Source: a virus. From it: a stretch of DNA of 64,000 nucleotides. The notes below the pieces were generated by a model. That model was not told the DNA's origin, made no database searches, and worked only from the letters and a program-made list of their open reading frames with translations. Positions within the stretch are counted from its first letter, which is position 1. The number at the start of each line of letters is the position of its first letter. The translations under genes were made by a program, and so were the position numbers. The DNA is taken from IMG/VR virus record IMGVR_UViG_3300043438_002264, positions 32,001 through 96,000 of that record; one strand, 5' to 3'. Below are positions 30,504 through 41,200 of the stretch, one piece after another.

Positions 30504-30953
30504 CTATCTTGATGTTGCCTCTAGGCTGCAGATTGTCAAGACGTTGTTTACAACCTTTTCAATCCCAGCAAGTTGAATTTTTACACGGATATCCGTGTGA
30601 ACCTCTTGCTTTAAAAATGAGTATGTGTGTATTGGAGAAGACCCGTGATAGAAATATTCTTGCCAAGCAATTGTACTAGTTCCTGGATTATAGATACCAA
30701 AACTTACAAAAATATCATATAATGATTTAAGGTTTGTGTCTCCCCAGATCGCCGTCACACCAGAGGCACTATTTATTTGTAAGTCTCCAGAAACTTGCTC
30801 TATAAACGGTGTGGCATCTAATTTATAAACTGGGGACCAGTGAGAGGTTCTGTTTTTGTCTTCTGAAATAATTCTATATCTTAGCAAGTATTCACCATCA
30901 GGAGATAATGGTGGAAAATCTTTTTTTTCAATAGTTACTTTTTTAACTGACAA
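30504..30953 (-). CDS. Tail/baseplate protein
   Basis: YLLRYRIISEDKNRTSHWSP; position in tail operon. Confidence 0.55.
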   Translation of the reverse strand: MSVKKVTIEKKDFPPLSPDGEYLLRYRIISEDKNRTSHWSPVYKLDATPFIEQVSGDLQINSASGVTAIWGDTNLKSLYDIFVSFGIYNPGTSTIAWQEYFYHGSSPIHTYSFLKQEVHTDIRVKIQLAGIEKVVNNVLTICSLEATSR

Positions 30954-32112
30954 CGTCTATCCCCAAGTCAACATCTAAAGCAAAACGAAATTCTACTAGG
31001 TTTGCAGTATTAGGAATTTTAACAATTGGCAAAGCATCTTGAGATTTTACTACAGAATATCCCGTTAATCCGTAAAGAGGATTGACAGATGTAGTGTTTT
31101 CTAGCCTCAAAGCATCTAAGGCAACGTAGTAATCGTCTGTTGGATTTCCTACAGAGTCTAATACTGATGCCCAAATTTTAACAACAGTCACAGAGTTCCA
31201 AGTAAAGGTTGAACTTTTAACTAAATCTTTTAGTGGTTTTGTGACTACGACATATCTATTATTCTCAAAGTCTTGTTGACCAGACCCAGTTCCGTTTTGA
31301 ATATCTACCTGAAGCTGAGCATAGTTTGTTGCAGAGTCGCTATCTGATGAAGCAAACTCCACCAAAACCTTTACTCTGCTTGGCTCTACACTATCATATG
31401 CATTTTTGTTAACTACAGAAAAAGCAAACCTTAACTCATCAGAAGCAGAATTTCTATTAAAATCAATACTTGCTCCAGTTAAATGTATATGATTTGAACC
31501 CACTGCTGGAACCATTCTTGAACCACTTAGAGACAAAGTTGATTCTCCGCCAGCCATTAAAATAATATTGTTTAAATACCTACAAGATTCATACCTTGTT
31601 ATCCTAGACTCATTAAGCAGTGTTCTGTTGTCTGCATTAGTTTGAAAAACTGGTGATGTCTGAATAATATCGTCTGGGTCTGCTTCTGTTCCTAGCGGCT
31701 GAGTAATTGTTGGAATTGTGACGGCAGCTGTATCAGTATGATATTCCCAATTTTCGGTTCTAGTAAAAGAGTAAATTGGTTTGCTGTCATAGGCTCCTGC
31801 AGTTGGATTTGATCCTGAAGAGTAAACTCCAATCTCAGTAATTTCATATCTTTCAATAGTTGGAAGCTCTGCAGTTAAAACAATTTTTGATATTCCATTT
31901 TCATTGACATACCCTCTTGAAGTAATGGGCACACGAAACATTTCAAAGTCTAGCTGCTTTTTATCTAATATATCTTGAATATCATTACCCGTAAAGGCAT
32001 AATCTATAGCCTTTGGAGTTGCCCCACATCCTAAAGCAATGTGCGATGCATAGGCTGGAGCCTGGCCAATTAAATATTTGGCTAATATGTTTTTTCCAAC
32101 ATTAGTAATCAT
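30943..32112 (-). CDS. Tail/baseplate protein
   Basis: MITNVGK.ILAKYL...IALGCG...EITEIGVY, typical tail-tip N-terminus. Confidence 0.65.
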   Translation of the reverse strand: MITNVGKNILAKYLIGQAPAYASHIALGCGATPKAIDYAFTGNDIQDILDKKQLDFEMFRVPITSRGYVNENGISKIVLTAELPTIERYEITEIGVYSSGSNPTAGAYDSKPIYSFTRTENWEYHTDTAAVTIPTITQPLGTEADPDDIIQTSPVFQTNADNRTLLNESRITRYESCRYLNNIILMAGGESTLSLSGSRMVPAVGSNHIHLTGASIDFNRNSASDELRFAFSVVNKNAYDSVEPSRVKVLVEFASSDSDSATNYAQLQVDIQNGTGSGQQDFENNRYVVVTKPLKDLVKSSTFTWNSVTVVKIWASVLDSVGNPTDDYYVALDALRLENTTSVNPLYGLTGYSVVKSQDALPIVKIPNTANLVEFRFALDVDLGIDVVS

Positions 32113-32885
32113 GAGACATCCTCTTCATATATTGTATCATTAAAAATTTGGCCAGAAGCCATCATCTGGACCTCTATCTCATAGTCTGCTTTTAAATTTA
32201 CAGTTTCAATAACTATATTTCCATTAACAGAATCAATATAAACAGATTCTGGGGGTGTTTCATTTGTATCCTGTACAATATGATTTTCCATCTTTATGGC
32301 AAAATTCTTAAAGTATATCTCTGCAGTATCTGGAATATTTATAATGTTTTGTGGATTATAGCTAATTGCTATATCTGAAATATTTTTAACTGGCTGATAA
32401 ACTATGTTCTGTCCATTAACAGTATCATGTCTTACAAGGCTTATTAATTCCTGTGCCCCAATTTTTTCTAAAGTTAATTTTAAGATTAAGTCTATTGGTA
32501 AATCGTTTTGATCAACAAGAATTATATCTGGAGATGCTGATTTTATAGACTTATCTTCTGTTACTGGAACTGGTTGCGGAACGGCTGGGACTGCGGGTAC
32601 TGAAGCTACCACTGGACTAGACGGTACAAACGCTCCGCCTGGATCCATGTTTGCTGGAGAATAAAGCCTTACATTATCTAAAGGTGTAGATGATGGGGTT
32701 GATATGCTCACACCTTTTCCAAGTTTTACATTTTCTCCAGAGTCAAAAGCAGCCCCTCTTTTTTGATTGTTAAGCTCCAGTATTTGATCTGCTAAAGCTC
32801 TTTGCTGCTTAGCTGTACCGTCTGGCAATGCTTGTTTAGCAAGACCAATTGCTTTTATTGGCTGTACTACTTTTGTTTTTGCCAT
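32109..32885 (-). CDS. Tail protein (possible degenerate LysM-like N-terminus, Pro-rich linker)
   Basis: Operon position; ILELNN...GENVKL; PAVPAVPQPVP linker. Confidence 0.5.
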   Translation of the reverse strand: MAKTKVVQPIKAIGLAKQALPDGTAKQQRALADQILELNNQKRGAAFDSGENVKLGKGVSISTPSSTPLDNVRLYSPANMDPGGAFVPSSPVVASVPAVPAVPQPVPVTEDKSIKSASPDIILVDQNDLPIDLILKLTLEKIGAQELISLVRHDTVNGQNIVYQPVKNISDIAISYNPQNIINIPDTAEIYFKNFAIKMENHIVQDTNETPPESVYIDSVNGNIVIETVNLKADYEIEVQMMASGQIFNDTIYEEDVS

Positions 32886-35800
32886 TATATAACCTCACTT
32901 AAATAAATAGTCATGCCTGGACCAGAAACATCTTTTTGATGCTCAATACTGTACACAACAAACCTTTGCTGAGGATCAAGGACATACCCCGTATCTGTTT
33001 CTGAATAATCAATTGTTACAATATCACCAAGCTGAATTGTCGGTGTTGCGAATATTCTTACACCAACAGACTTTCTGGGCTTCATAGTTTTAGAAATAAT
33101 CCACTCCATAATTTTTGTAGCTTCATCTTTGCTTTGTATGTATAAAGAATCTAACGAAAACTCATTACGTCCGTAGGTTATGCGACTATTTTTTACATCA
33201 TTATATAGCTCTTTTTGCTTTACTGGAGATAAAATAGTCATGTCTTCTTTTGTTTGTGGATTTGAAAAATCCGAAGTTTTACTAAAATAATCATCTACTG
33301 TTAGTTCGCTTTTTGAGTCTTGGGTAAAAGTGATTCCCTGAATTCTTAAGTAGTTCCCAACCATTTCATCAAAACGTAAGAATGTGTCTGTGGCATTAAA
33401 GATTAAGAACTCTGCTCCGTATGCCCCAGCAAAAAATCCAGATACGGTATAGCCACGAATCTTGTTAAAGGTTGGAGAAATTGTTGCGTATAAGGCTGGG
33501 TAGGCTTTATCATATTTTACATTAAAGTAAGCAACCTCTCTCATGATAGTTCCGAACTCATCATAAAAAATATTATACTTTGGTGGTTCAGAGGGGCTAA
33601 TCCCAGAAAGATATGTTGGCTGAATAATTCCACTAATTGCATACTTTCTAAAAGATTCATTGGCAGAAATATCAATTTTATTAGTAAATATAGAATTTGC
33701 CACTGAGTCTAAAGTAAAGCTAGTGTTTTGACTATAGTTGTTTGCTAGGGCATAAATGTTTTCAAACATACACTGAGACCCTCCACGAACAAAAAGAGCC
33801 ATATTGTTTGAATTAACTATTGGCAATGGCTTTGTGTCATCTACAGTTGCAACTTGGGTATCATTTATATAGAGGTAGAATCTTCTAAAGGAGCCAAAGT
33901 CTTGATACTCTAGAGCAAGATCGTACACGTTTGTGTTTTCTTCTGCAACAACTCTAGCCTGTCCAGCAAAATTTCCATCATCAACAATTATTGTAGTCAA
34001 GCCGCTCCAAAGCTTAACTGGAATTCCAGCCTCATCTCTTGTTAGCAACCACTTTTCAGTTGATGAGCCAACAGCCGTTACTTTGTAATATCCGTCGTTG
34101 TCCGCAATCGTTTGGTTAGTTAAACGAATTCTTTCTCCTACAGATACAGCAGATCCTCCAATAGTCAGTGCCCCATTTGTTTGTGCGGTTAGAGTTGTTG
34201 TAGTAGAGGCCCCTGGAAGATTTGTTGAAGATGTTTTGTCATAGCTTTGATTTTCAACTATTTTATAAAAGAAAACATTTGCAACACCATCAGTTGGAGC
34301 ATACTTATCAACATTGCTTTCTGATAAAGCTGCTATTTCAAAATAATAACCGTTATTTGTTTGAGGATTAAGAAGTGCAACAATTCCTCCGCTGCCTCCG
34401 CTAACAGCTAAGTTTTGCTCTGGGGTAGTTGTTGGAACATTGTAATAAGTCGTAGCTCCCGCAGCTGTTTGAACAGAGGTTTCATTATTTTCAACTTTTC
34501 CAACTATTCTCATTCTTGTTCCAAAATGCTTAAAAGAATCATTTAAAGGTTTGTTTATATATGAAATAAAATCAATTGAATTTTCTTGTGCAGAAAATGA
34601 TGGACCCTTCATAACAAGGGCTGAAGACTGAACAGTTTCTGATGTTGCAGATAGCTTGTTCTTTCTAGAAACTTCTTCATTATATGAGTAAGACAAATAA
34701 TTTTTTATCAAACTAGATCTTGATGATTTAGTGGCAAGAGATTTGTTGATACCAGCCTTGCCAGTGCCTGTGGTTTTTTCAAAAACAGAATTTCCAAATA
34801 AATATTTAGAGTCCATGGAGCATCCAAAAACATTATCGTTACTTGTCCAGTATTGATTAAGCCCAGCAGAGTGTTCTGTAATTTTAGTTCCAAACTGCTC
34901 TCTTCCGTGCTTGGAGACTGGGCCATTTGACATCTTAGTCACTCCAGCTTGAGTCTCATAGTTTGGCTCGGCATATATCCTTACACGGCCTGTTGGATAA
35001 ATTTTTCCATTAAAGGAAAGTTTTGAGAAATAGTTTTCGTACTCCTCTGCATTTGTTATCCAAACGTTACCGCCAACAAACCCAGAATTAAGAACGCTAG
35101 AGGGCAATACGGATACGTTATACTCTACAGCATCATACTTTATGACTTCCCCATTAGAATAAAAGTATCCATTGTACTGACCTATATATAAAATTCCATC
35201 GCCAAAATCAATAATGTTATTGACAATTTCATGATTAACGACTTCTGGAATTTGACTGCTTAAGTCTGAATTCAAAGGAATGGCTGACAAAGCATACTTA
35301 TTTCCAGTTGCTGCCTGACCGTTTGTCGGTGTCATGTTTTCTGTTCCCGAAACTTCCCAAAGAAGAGATGGCTTGTATATCCAAGTAATGTCTTTATCTG
35401 CAACATAAGCTTGCTTAATAGAGCCCATTGTTTTTTGAATATATCTAGTTATATAACTAATCTTTCCATCGTTGTATGCATTATTGTCTTGAGAGCTTAT
35501 ATCTATAATATTTGCAATTGATGGTATTATTGGATTAGTCAAATTTTCTACAATGCCCTGCTTAATTTGATCTTTTGAACCTACAAGAACAAGATCAGAT
35601 TCTCTGTCAGTCCTAGAAGGCAAAATATAATTTTTGCTCATCATTATAAAATTATTATACTCATCAAAGAACATTGCCGTTTGAGTTGATCTTGCCAAAT
35701 CTTGCAGTACTTCAGCAATGCTTTTGTCTGGAGCAACAAAGAAAAATGGAATTATAGGGTCTGGTTCGCCTGGAATTCTTTTAAAAGAGTAGTTGCTAAA

Positions 35801-37522
35801 ACCAATACTGTCGAATATAGTGGCTATGGCATAGGACAGAGAGGTGTTAGGAATTAAAATTTCTGGAGCAGTTTGTGATTCAAAATAAAAAAACAAATCT
35901 CTTAGCTCAATGCTCAGCTCTCTTGTTTTTGGATTTGAGGCTGGAAAAAATTCAGAGTACATAGTTTTTAATGGAACATAAAAAGTTTTTTTAATTATGT
36001 TATTATCTATGTCAGTAATCTCTATATCTGAAATAATTTCATAAAACTTTATCTGAATATTTTTATTTATATATTGAGCAATAACGCTTCCAGTTTGAGA
36101 ATCTGGGTTCCAGGTATTGTTAGGGTTAAAGGATTGGTCATAATCAAATAAAGCTAAGCTGCCTGTAGAAGCCAGCAACTGACCTACTGGCAAACCACTA
36201 ATGCCAAGGTCTGAGGCATTCTTCTTTAAATTATAAGCAATTGTTTTGCCAGTTAAGTCTACTGCTAATCTGGGGGAAAGTTCAATTAGGTCAAAGGTTG
36301 CACCAAACTTATTCATTGTATCTACAACTATTCTAATTCCAGATATAAAAGTAAATTCTTCATAATCTAAAATACCGTTTTGGTTTGAACCATACTTTTG
36401 TGGAGTTGTGGTATCAGTTAAAAAGTTTGTAAGCTGATCAACATTTTCGTCAGCAACGTACCAGCCATACTGTGGGATAAAGGTTTTGTACTCTCCAGAA
36501 TTCCAAATATAGAAAACTCCTACGTCAGAGCTGTTTGCTTTAACTAGATATGCCTGACCCTCTTCATTTTCGTCTGGCAAGACAGTAGTTGAAGCTAGAA
36601 TGCCGTTATTAATAAAACTTTTTCTAAATTTTTCTGGGACGATTAAGCCATAACCAAGCTCTAGATATCCATCTGTTCCAAATATAGAATCTCCGTTTGA
36701 CCGTACAGAATTTTTGTCAAAAGAAATTGCATCTATCCAAATATTATTTTTTAGGTATTGAACCTTCCATTTGGTTGGAACGGTCTTATTCTGTTCTCCA
36801 AAAAATGGATCTGCAAAGGTTCCAGCTGGGCCAGAGAATGGCCCTAAGTTTATGTCTCCAACGTTTGTCTGTGTCTTTATAATAATTCTGTTAACTGGAA
36901 TTTCTTCCTTATAAACAATATAAGGGGCTGCATCTTGTATAAAATAGTCAAGCCCTTCCTGGCTAAGCTCTTCAAAGCCAATTCCAGTCAGTGAGTTTGT
37001 TTCAAAGGCAATCCCATACTCTTGTCCATTTTCAGTTCTATACGATGTCCAGTATTTAAATTTATCATTTTTATCTGGCATATAGTATCTGGGACGATTA
37101 AACATTTCAGTATTGCTGTGATGTAAGTAATTACCTGTAATGCCATACCTAAGTTTGTTAATTCCAGATCTTGGTCTAAACTTTCCAAAGCATTCTTCTA
37201 AAGAAAATAAAAGCTTTTCTTTTTCTTTTTTAGGTTTAAACAACACAGGAGTCTGACCGTCTTCTTCAAAACCGCCGTCAACAACTATGTCTGCATCTGT
37301 TGCATCAGTATAAAAATTACCTGTATCTCTAGGATCATAAAAATTTATTAATGATCTATACTTTTCATCTTCAACAGAAGAAGAGTATGGCCTATATCTG
37401 TAGTTTCCAATATCAGCAATATTGTCAGAAAAGTTCATATTCCATTCTGCAATTACTGCTGTCTGAGATTTAATTGTAGAAGAATTTTTTAAGTGGTCGT
37501 TTAGCTCTTTGCTCTCAAACAT
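32885..37522 (-). CDS. Large minor tail / hub protein
   Basis: 1545 aa after the distal-tail gene; C-terminal P.IQLGDIVTI hub motif. Confidence 0.7.
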   Translation of the reverse strand: MFESKELNDHLKNSSTIKSQTAVIAEWNMNFSDNIADIGNYRYRPYSSSVEDEKYRSLINFYDPRDTGNFYTDATDADIVVDGGFEEDGQTPVLFKPKKEKEKLLFSLEECFGKFRPRSGINKLRYGITGNYLHHSNTEMFNRPRYYMPDKNDKFKYWTSYRTENGQEYGIAFETNSLTGIGFEELSQEGLDYFIQDAAPYIVYKEEIPVNRIIIKTQTNVGDINLGPFSGPAGTFADPFFGEQNKTVPTKWKVQYLKNNIWIDAISFDKNSVRSNGDSIFGTDGYLELGYGLIVPEKFRKSFINNGILASTTVLPDENEEGQAYLVKANSSDVGVFYIWNSGEYKTFIPQYGWYVADENVDQLTNFLTDTTTPQKYGSNQNGILDYEEFTFISGIRIVVDTMNKFGATFDLIELSPRLAVDLTGKTIAYNLKKNASDLGISGLPVGQLLASTGSLALFDYDQSFNPNNTWNPDSQTGSVIAQYINKNIQIKFYEIISDIEITDIDNNIIKKTFYVPLKTMYSEFFPASNPKTRELSIELRDLFFYFESQTAPEILIPNTSLSYAIATIFDSIGFSNYSFKRIPGEPDPIIPFFFVAPDKSIAEVLQDLARSTQTAMFFDEYNNFIMMSKNYILPSRTDRESDLVLVGSKDQIKQGIVENLTNPIIPSIANIIDISSQDNNAYNDGKISYITRYIQKTMGSIKQAYVADKDITWIYKPSLLWEVSGTENMTPTNGQAATGNKYALSAIPLNSDLSSQIPEVVNHEIVNNIIDFGDGILYIGQYNGYFYSNGEVIKYDAVEYNVSVLPSSVLNSGFVGGNVWITNAEEYENYFSKLSFNGKIYPTGRVRIYAEPNYETQAGVTKMSNGPVSKHGREQFGTKITEHSAGLNQYWTSNDNVFGCSMDSKYLFGNSVFEKTTGTGKAGINKSLATKSSRSSLIKNYLSYSYNEEVSRKNKLSATSETVQSSALVMKGPSFSAQENSIDFISYINKPLNDSFKHFGTRMRIVGKVENNETSVQTAAGATTYYNVPTTTPEQNLAVSGGSGGIVALLNPQTNNGYYFEIAALSESNVDKYAPTDGVANVFFYKIVENQSYDKTSSTNLPGASTTTTLTAQTNGALTIGGSAVSVGERIRLTNQTIADNDGYYKVTAVGSSTEKWLLTRDEAGIPVKLWSGLTTIIVDDGNFAGQARVVAEENTNVYDLALEYQDFGSFRRFYLYINDTQVATVDDTKPLPIVNSNNMALFVRGGSQCMFENIYALANNYSQNTSFTLDSVANSIFTNKIDISANESFRKYAISGIIQPTYLSGISPSEPPKYNIFYDEFGTIMREVAYFNVKYDKAYPALYATISPTFNKIRGYTVSGFFAGAYGAEFLIFNATDTFLRFDEMVGNYLRIQGITFTQDSKSELTVDDYFSKTSDFSNPQTKEDMTILSPVKQKELYNDVKNSRITYGRNEFSLDSLYIQSKDEATKIMEWIISKTMKPRKSVGVRIFATPTIQLGDIVTIDYSETDTGYVLDPQQRFVVYSIEHQKDVSGPGMTIYLSEVI

Positions 37523-38224
37523 TTAAACCTCTTCTAGAGTTACAGAAATATTCCAGAAATCATAATTTGATCCACCACGTTTTTCAACAGAGTAACTAAA
37601 ATCAGAGATATACATTTCTATGATTTGGTTATACTGTCCAAGTTTTTTATATCTATTTACATCGTCTTCGCTAAAGTTAGTATACTTATCGTAAGCTAAA
37701 TACACCCAAAAAGAATCCTGATGGCTGTTATACCAATCTAAAATTTCTACCCCGCCAGCTCCGCCATCAGTTGTATACTGCTCTGAAGCTGTAGTTGCAT
37801 TCGGAAGAATTTTAAAAGATCCATCTGTTCCAGGACTACGAACTCCAGAAACTATCAGGTCTGGATCTGCTATTTCAGAATCAAAATTCGGGTATTCTGA
37901 AAATGACCTAGATGGAAGCATATTCCAAGATGTTGAAATAGTAAGCTTATCTGCAATGTGATAAGACCTCATTCTTCCGTTAATCATTCTTTCTCTGCGT
38001 TCCAACCTAAAGGGCTGAAACTGTAATGGCTGACGATTATCATCAGACAACACAATAAATTCATTTAAAAGGTCTCCAGACTCAGTCTGTGAAATATCTT
38101 GACCAACCTCAAAGCCGTTAGGTATGTAAAGGCCAGATGAAAGAGTCCCTGGATTATTTGCCCATAGCATTGCCTGAGGCCTTTGGTACTTTTTCCTACT
38201 GGTCATATATACGTTAGTAGCCAT
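37523..38224 (-). CDS. Distal tail-like protein
   Basis: Immediately follows tape measure; RMINGRMRSY...WNISVTLEEV. Confidence 0.6.
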   Translation of the reverse strand: MATNVYMTSRKKYQRPQAMLWANNPGTLSSGLYIPNGFEVGQDISQTESGDLLNEFIVLSDDNRQPLQFQPFRLERRERMINGRMRSYHIADKLTISTSWNMLPSRSFSEYPNFDSEIADPDLIVSGVRSPGTDGSFKILPNATTASEQYTTDGGAGGVEILDWYNSHQDSFWVYLAYDKYTNFSEDDVNRYKKLGQYNQIIEMYISDFSYSVEKRGGSNYDFWNISVTLEEV

Positions 38225-41200
38225 TAGAACCTGTTGCTCCTTATTCTTTGAGAATCGATTCTACGAATCTGCCCCATAACTGTTTGTGCAATAGCATTTG
38301 GATCTGATACAGAAGACACATTTACACTCAAGTTATAATTATACACTGAACTGTTGTCTGATATCGAAGGTACATTAATGTTTACTGGAGCAGAGTCAAC
38401 TCCATAGTTGCCAGTTGTACCCTTAAAGCTTGGATTATTAAAAGATGGAATCATTCCATTATTAAGTTGTTCAAAGAACTTTGGTCCAAATTTTCTAACT
38501 GCTGGTCGTCTTATTACAAACTCTCCAGGAGTCAGCATTGCGGGGACGATATCTGATCCTAGAGGAGACCCTCCATTTGAGTAGTTAGCCATAATCTTGC
38601 CACCCATGGCCCTCTTAACCCACTGGACTCCATTCCAAATAAACTGTCCTCCAGGCCCTACCTGACCAGGCTTATCTCCAGGCTTTTCTGGTCCAGGTCT
38701 TGTATTGCCAGGAGTTGGTTTAAATTCTGGATTAGGAGTTAAGATATTCTTTCCTGTTTCGCTACCTATCTTTACCCAAGACTTTCCATCCCAGACAAAG
38801 TTGCCCTGAGGACCAAGCTGTCCAACAAAAGACCCATCTTTTTCTGGTCCAGGTCTTGAACCTTCAAATCCTCCTGATCCTCCTGGCAACTGCATTCCCG
38901 CCATCTGCTGCAAGGTAGCCAAAGCTTCTTTAAGACTATCCGCATACTCTTTAGTAGAAAACTTTGCACTGTTAATCTTATTAACAAGATCATCATACTT
39001 TAGGCTTTGCAGCTTCAAGCTTGCCAAAGCCGTTTCTCTTTCAACCTCTATAAGCCTTACTCTTTCCCTTGCTGGCTCAAGCCTATCTTCTTCAATCGCA
39101 AATATTTCTTTTTCTTTTTTAAGAATATCTTCTTCAAGCTGCAACCTTGACTTGCCCTTTGAAGAACGTACAAAGCCTAGCTCTTTTTCTCTTGCTGACT
39201 CAAGAGCAGAAGACTGTCTTTCAAAAGCTTGCTCAGCCTGAGTTTCTCTTATATTTTGAACTGCTTGAGCCGCAGCTGAAAGGTCTCCTCTAGTGATAGC
39301 TTCTGCAAGTGATAGCTGTCCTTTTTGCTGATCAGAAATATCAGAGTTTATGCGTCTTACTTTATCTAGAGCTTCTGCTCGTTTATCATACTTATCATTG
39401 ATAGCATCTTCTTTCCAGCTTATCTCCTGAAGTCCTGCTTGGAAGTCATCTATTTGGAATTGTAAAGCAGCAATATCAGATTCAGCTGAACGTATTGCCG
39501 TCATGTCTCCAGATACTGCAAACTCAAAATTAATCTCAACTCTTTCTGTTGCAGAGTCTATGCTTTCTTTTAAGAAGCTAGCAAGGCTTTCTGGGCTTAT
39601 CTCCCTTATTGCTTTTTCTGCTTCTTTTGCAGAGTTAACGATAGTCTTTAATTCTTCCCTGCCTTTTTTACCAAGTTTCATTGTTGCAATACCAGCAGCA
39701 AAGGCAGCATCCTCCACTGCACTGTAAGCATCTGAGGCAGCCATTCCAGCAGAGATTAGTCTTTCAGCCGCTATCTTTTGGTTTTTTGAATTTGCAATAG
39801 CTCTTTGCTGATCTATAACAAAACCACCGATAGAAATTTCATTAAAGGTTTTTTGCAAAGCCTTTCCTTCATTGGTTAGCTTTGCTACACCCTTGCTAAT
39901 TTTAAATAGCTTATTTTGTTCTGATTTATCTAAGCCTGATATAAAGCTTTGAAACTCTTCTGTTGTTCCTCCAGCTACAAGGGCGTTCATAGTGCCCTTA
40001 AAAGGCCTCATGTCTTTAGCCTTGCCCAACCACTTAGTTAGCTCCTTAAGGCCTCCTGTGGCCTTCACAGCGTCTTGGCGGAGCTCTTTAAGATCTGTTA
40101 GGACATTCTTGTAAGGGCTTTCTTTTTTAGTTCCACCTGTAGGGGTTTTCTCGGTGTCAATTTCACCAGTAGGATCTTTTGCTAGGTTTCCTGTAACATA
40201 TTGCTCTGCATCTTCTCCCGCAATAATTGAAGCAACTTGCTCATCTGTAAGTTTGCTTTCAAAAGCTGGCTTTTGTGTATTTCTCCAGGCTTGAATCATA
40301 TCAGGAGCTTTCAAAACTGTTTCATATTGAGTAGCATATACCTGTGTGTAAACAACCTTTTGATCTGGTGGAAGATCTTTGTAGAAGTCGTCGAACTGTG
40401 CACCCTGCTCTGCAGTAATAATTTTTTGTTCTATAAGACTTTCTACATTGAGCATTCCTTTATTCTCTAGGTCTTTTAGCTTGTTAAATTTTTCCGTTAG
40501 CTCTGTTAGTTTATTTAAATTTTCTCCATAAAATTTCAAAACAACTTCTGGCTCAATTGCATTGCCATCAAATGTTGCTATTTGGGTTAAGGTATCTACT
40601 GTATCTTTTGCCTGCTTTTCGCTTTTTCTATTGATGCTTAATGAAATTTGATAAGCAACCTCTGGATCTTTTAATATTGCAAAAACTGTTTCAAGCTGGC
40701 CCAAAGACTGAGGCCCAACCTTTGTGCTTATGTCTGCTAAAACTGATAAAGTAGCCTGCCCCTTACCAGTAGTTGGATCAAACATTTTCATTAACCCATT
40801 AAAAGTTTCGGAATCTATGTTTCCTGCTGTAAGCTCTCCCAAAATTTGAAGCTTAACCTCTTGAAAGGCTGCCTCTTTTGCAATATTTTCTGCTCCAGTT
40901 AATCTGCCACCACCAGTAGCTCTAAGAGTCTTTGTAGAAACATCTTGGCCAAATGCATTTTTGGCCACTACAGCTGAAGAGCCTTGTAACTTTCTAGCAG
41001 CTTCACCAACCTTTGGGTCTAAGCCTATTGCAGTGTTTGCTAGTTGTGATAAAATTCCTTGTTGGTTTGCAAAATCCGCTGCCGAAAAGTCTTTTTGCAA
41101 CTTATAAATTTCTGATGTATAAGTCTCTATAAGTCCAGCTCTTTCAATTTGATACTTTTCTTCTAAAGCAAGAGCTTCATCGTATTTTCCTTCAGCATAA

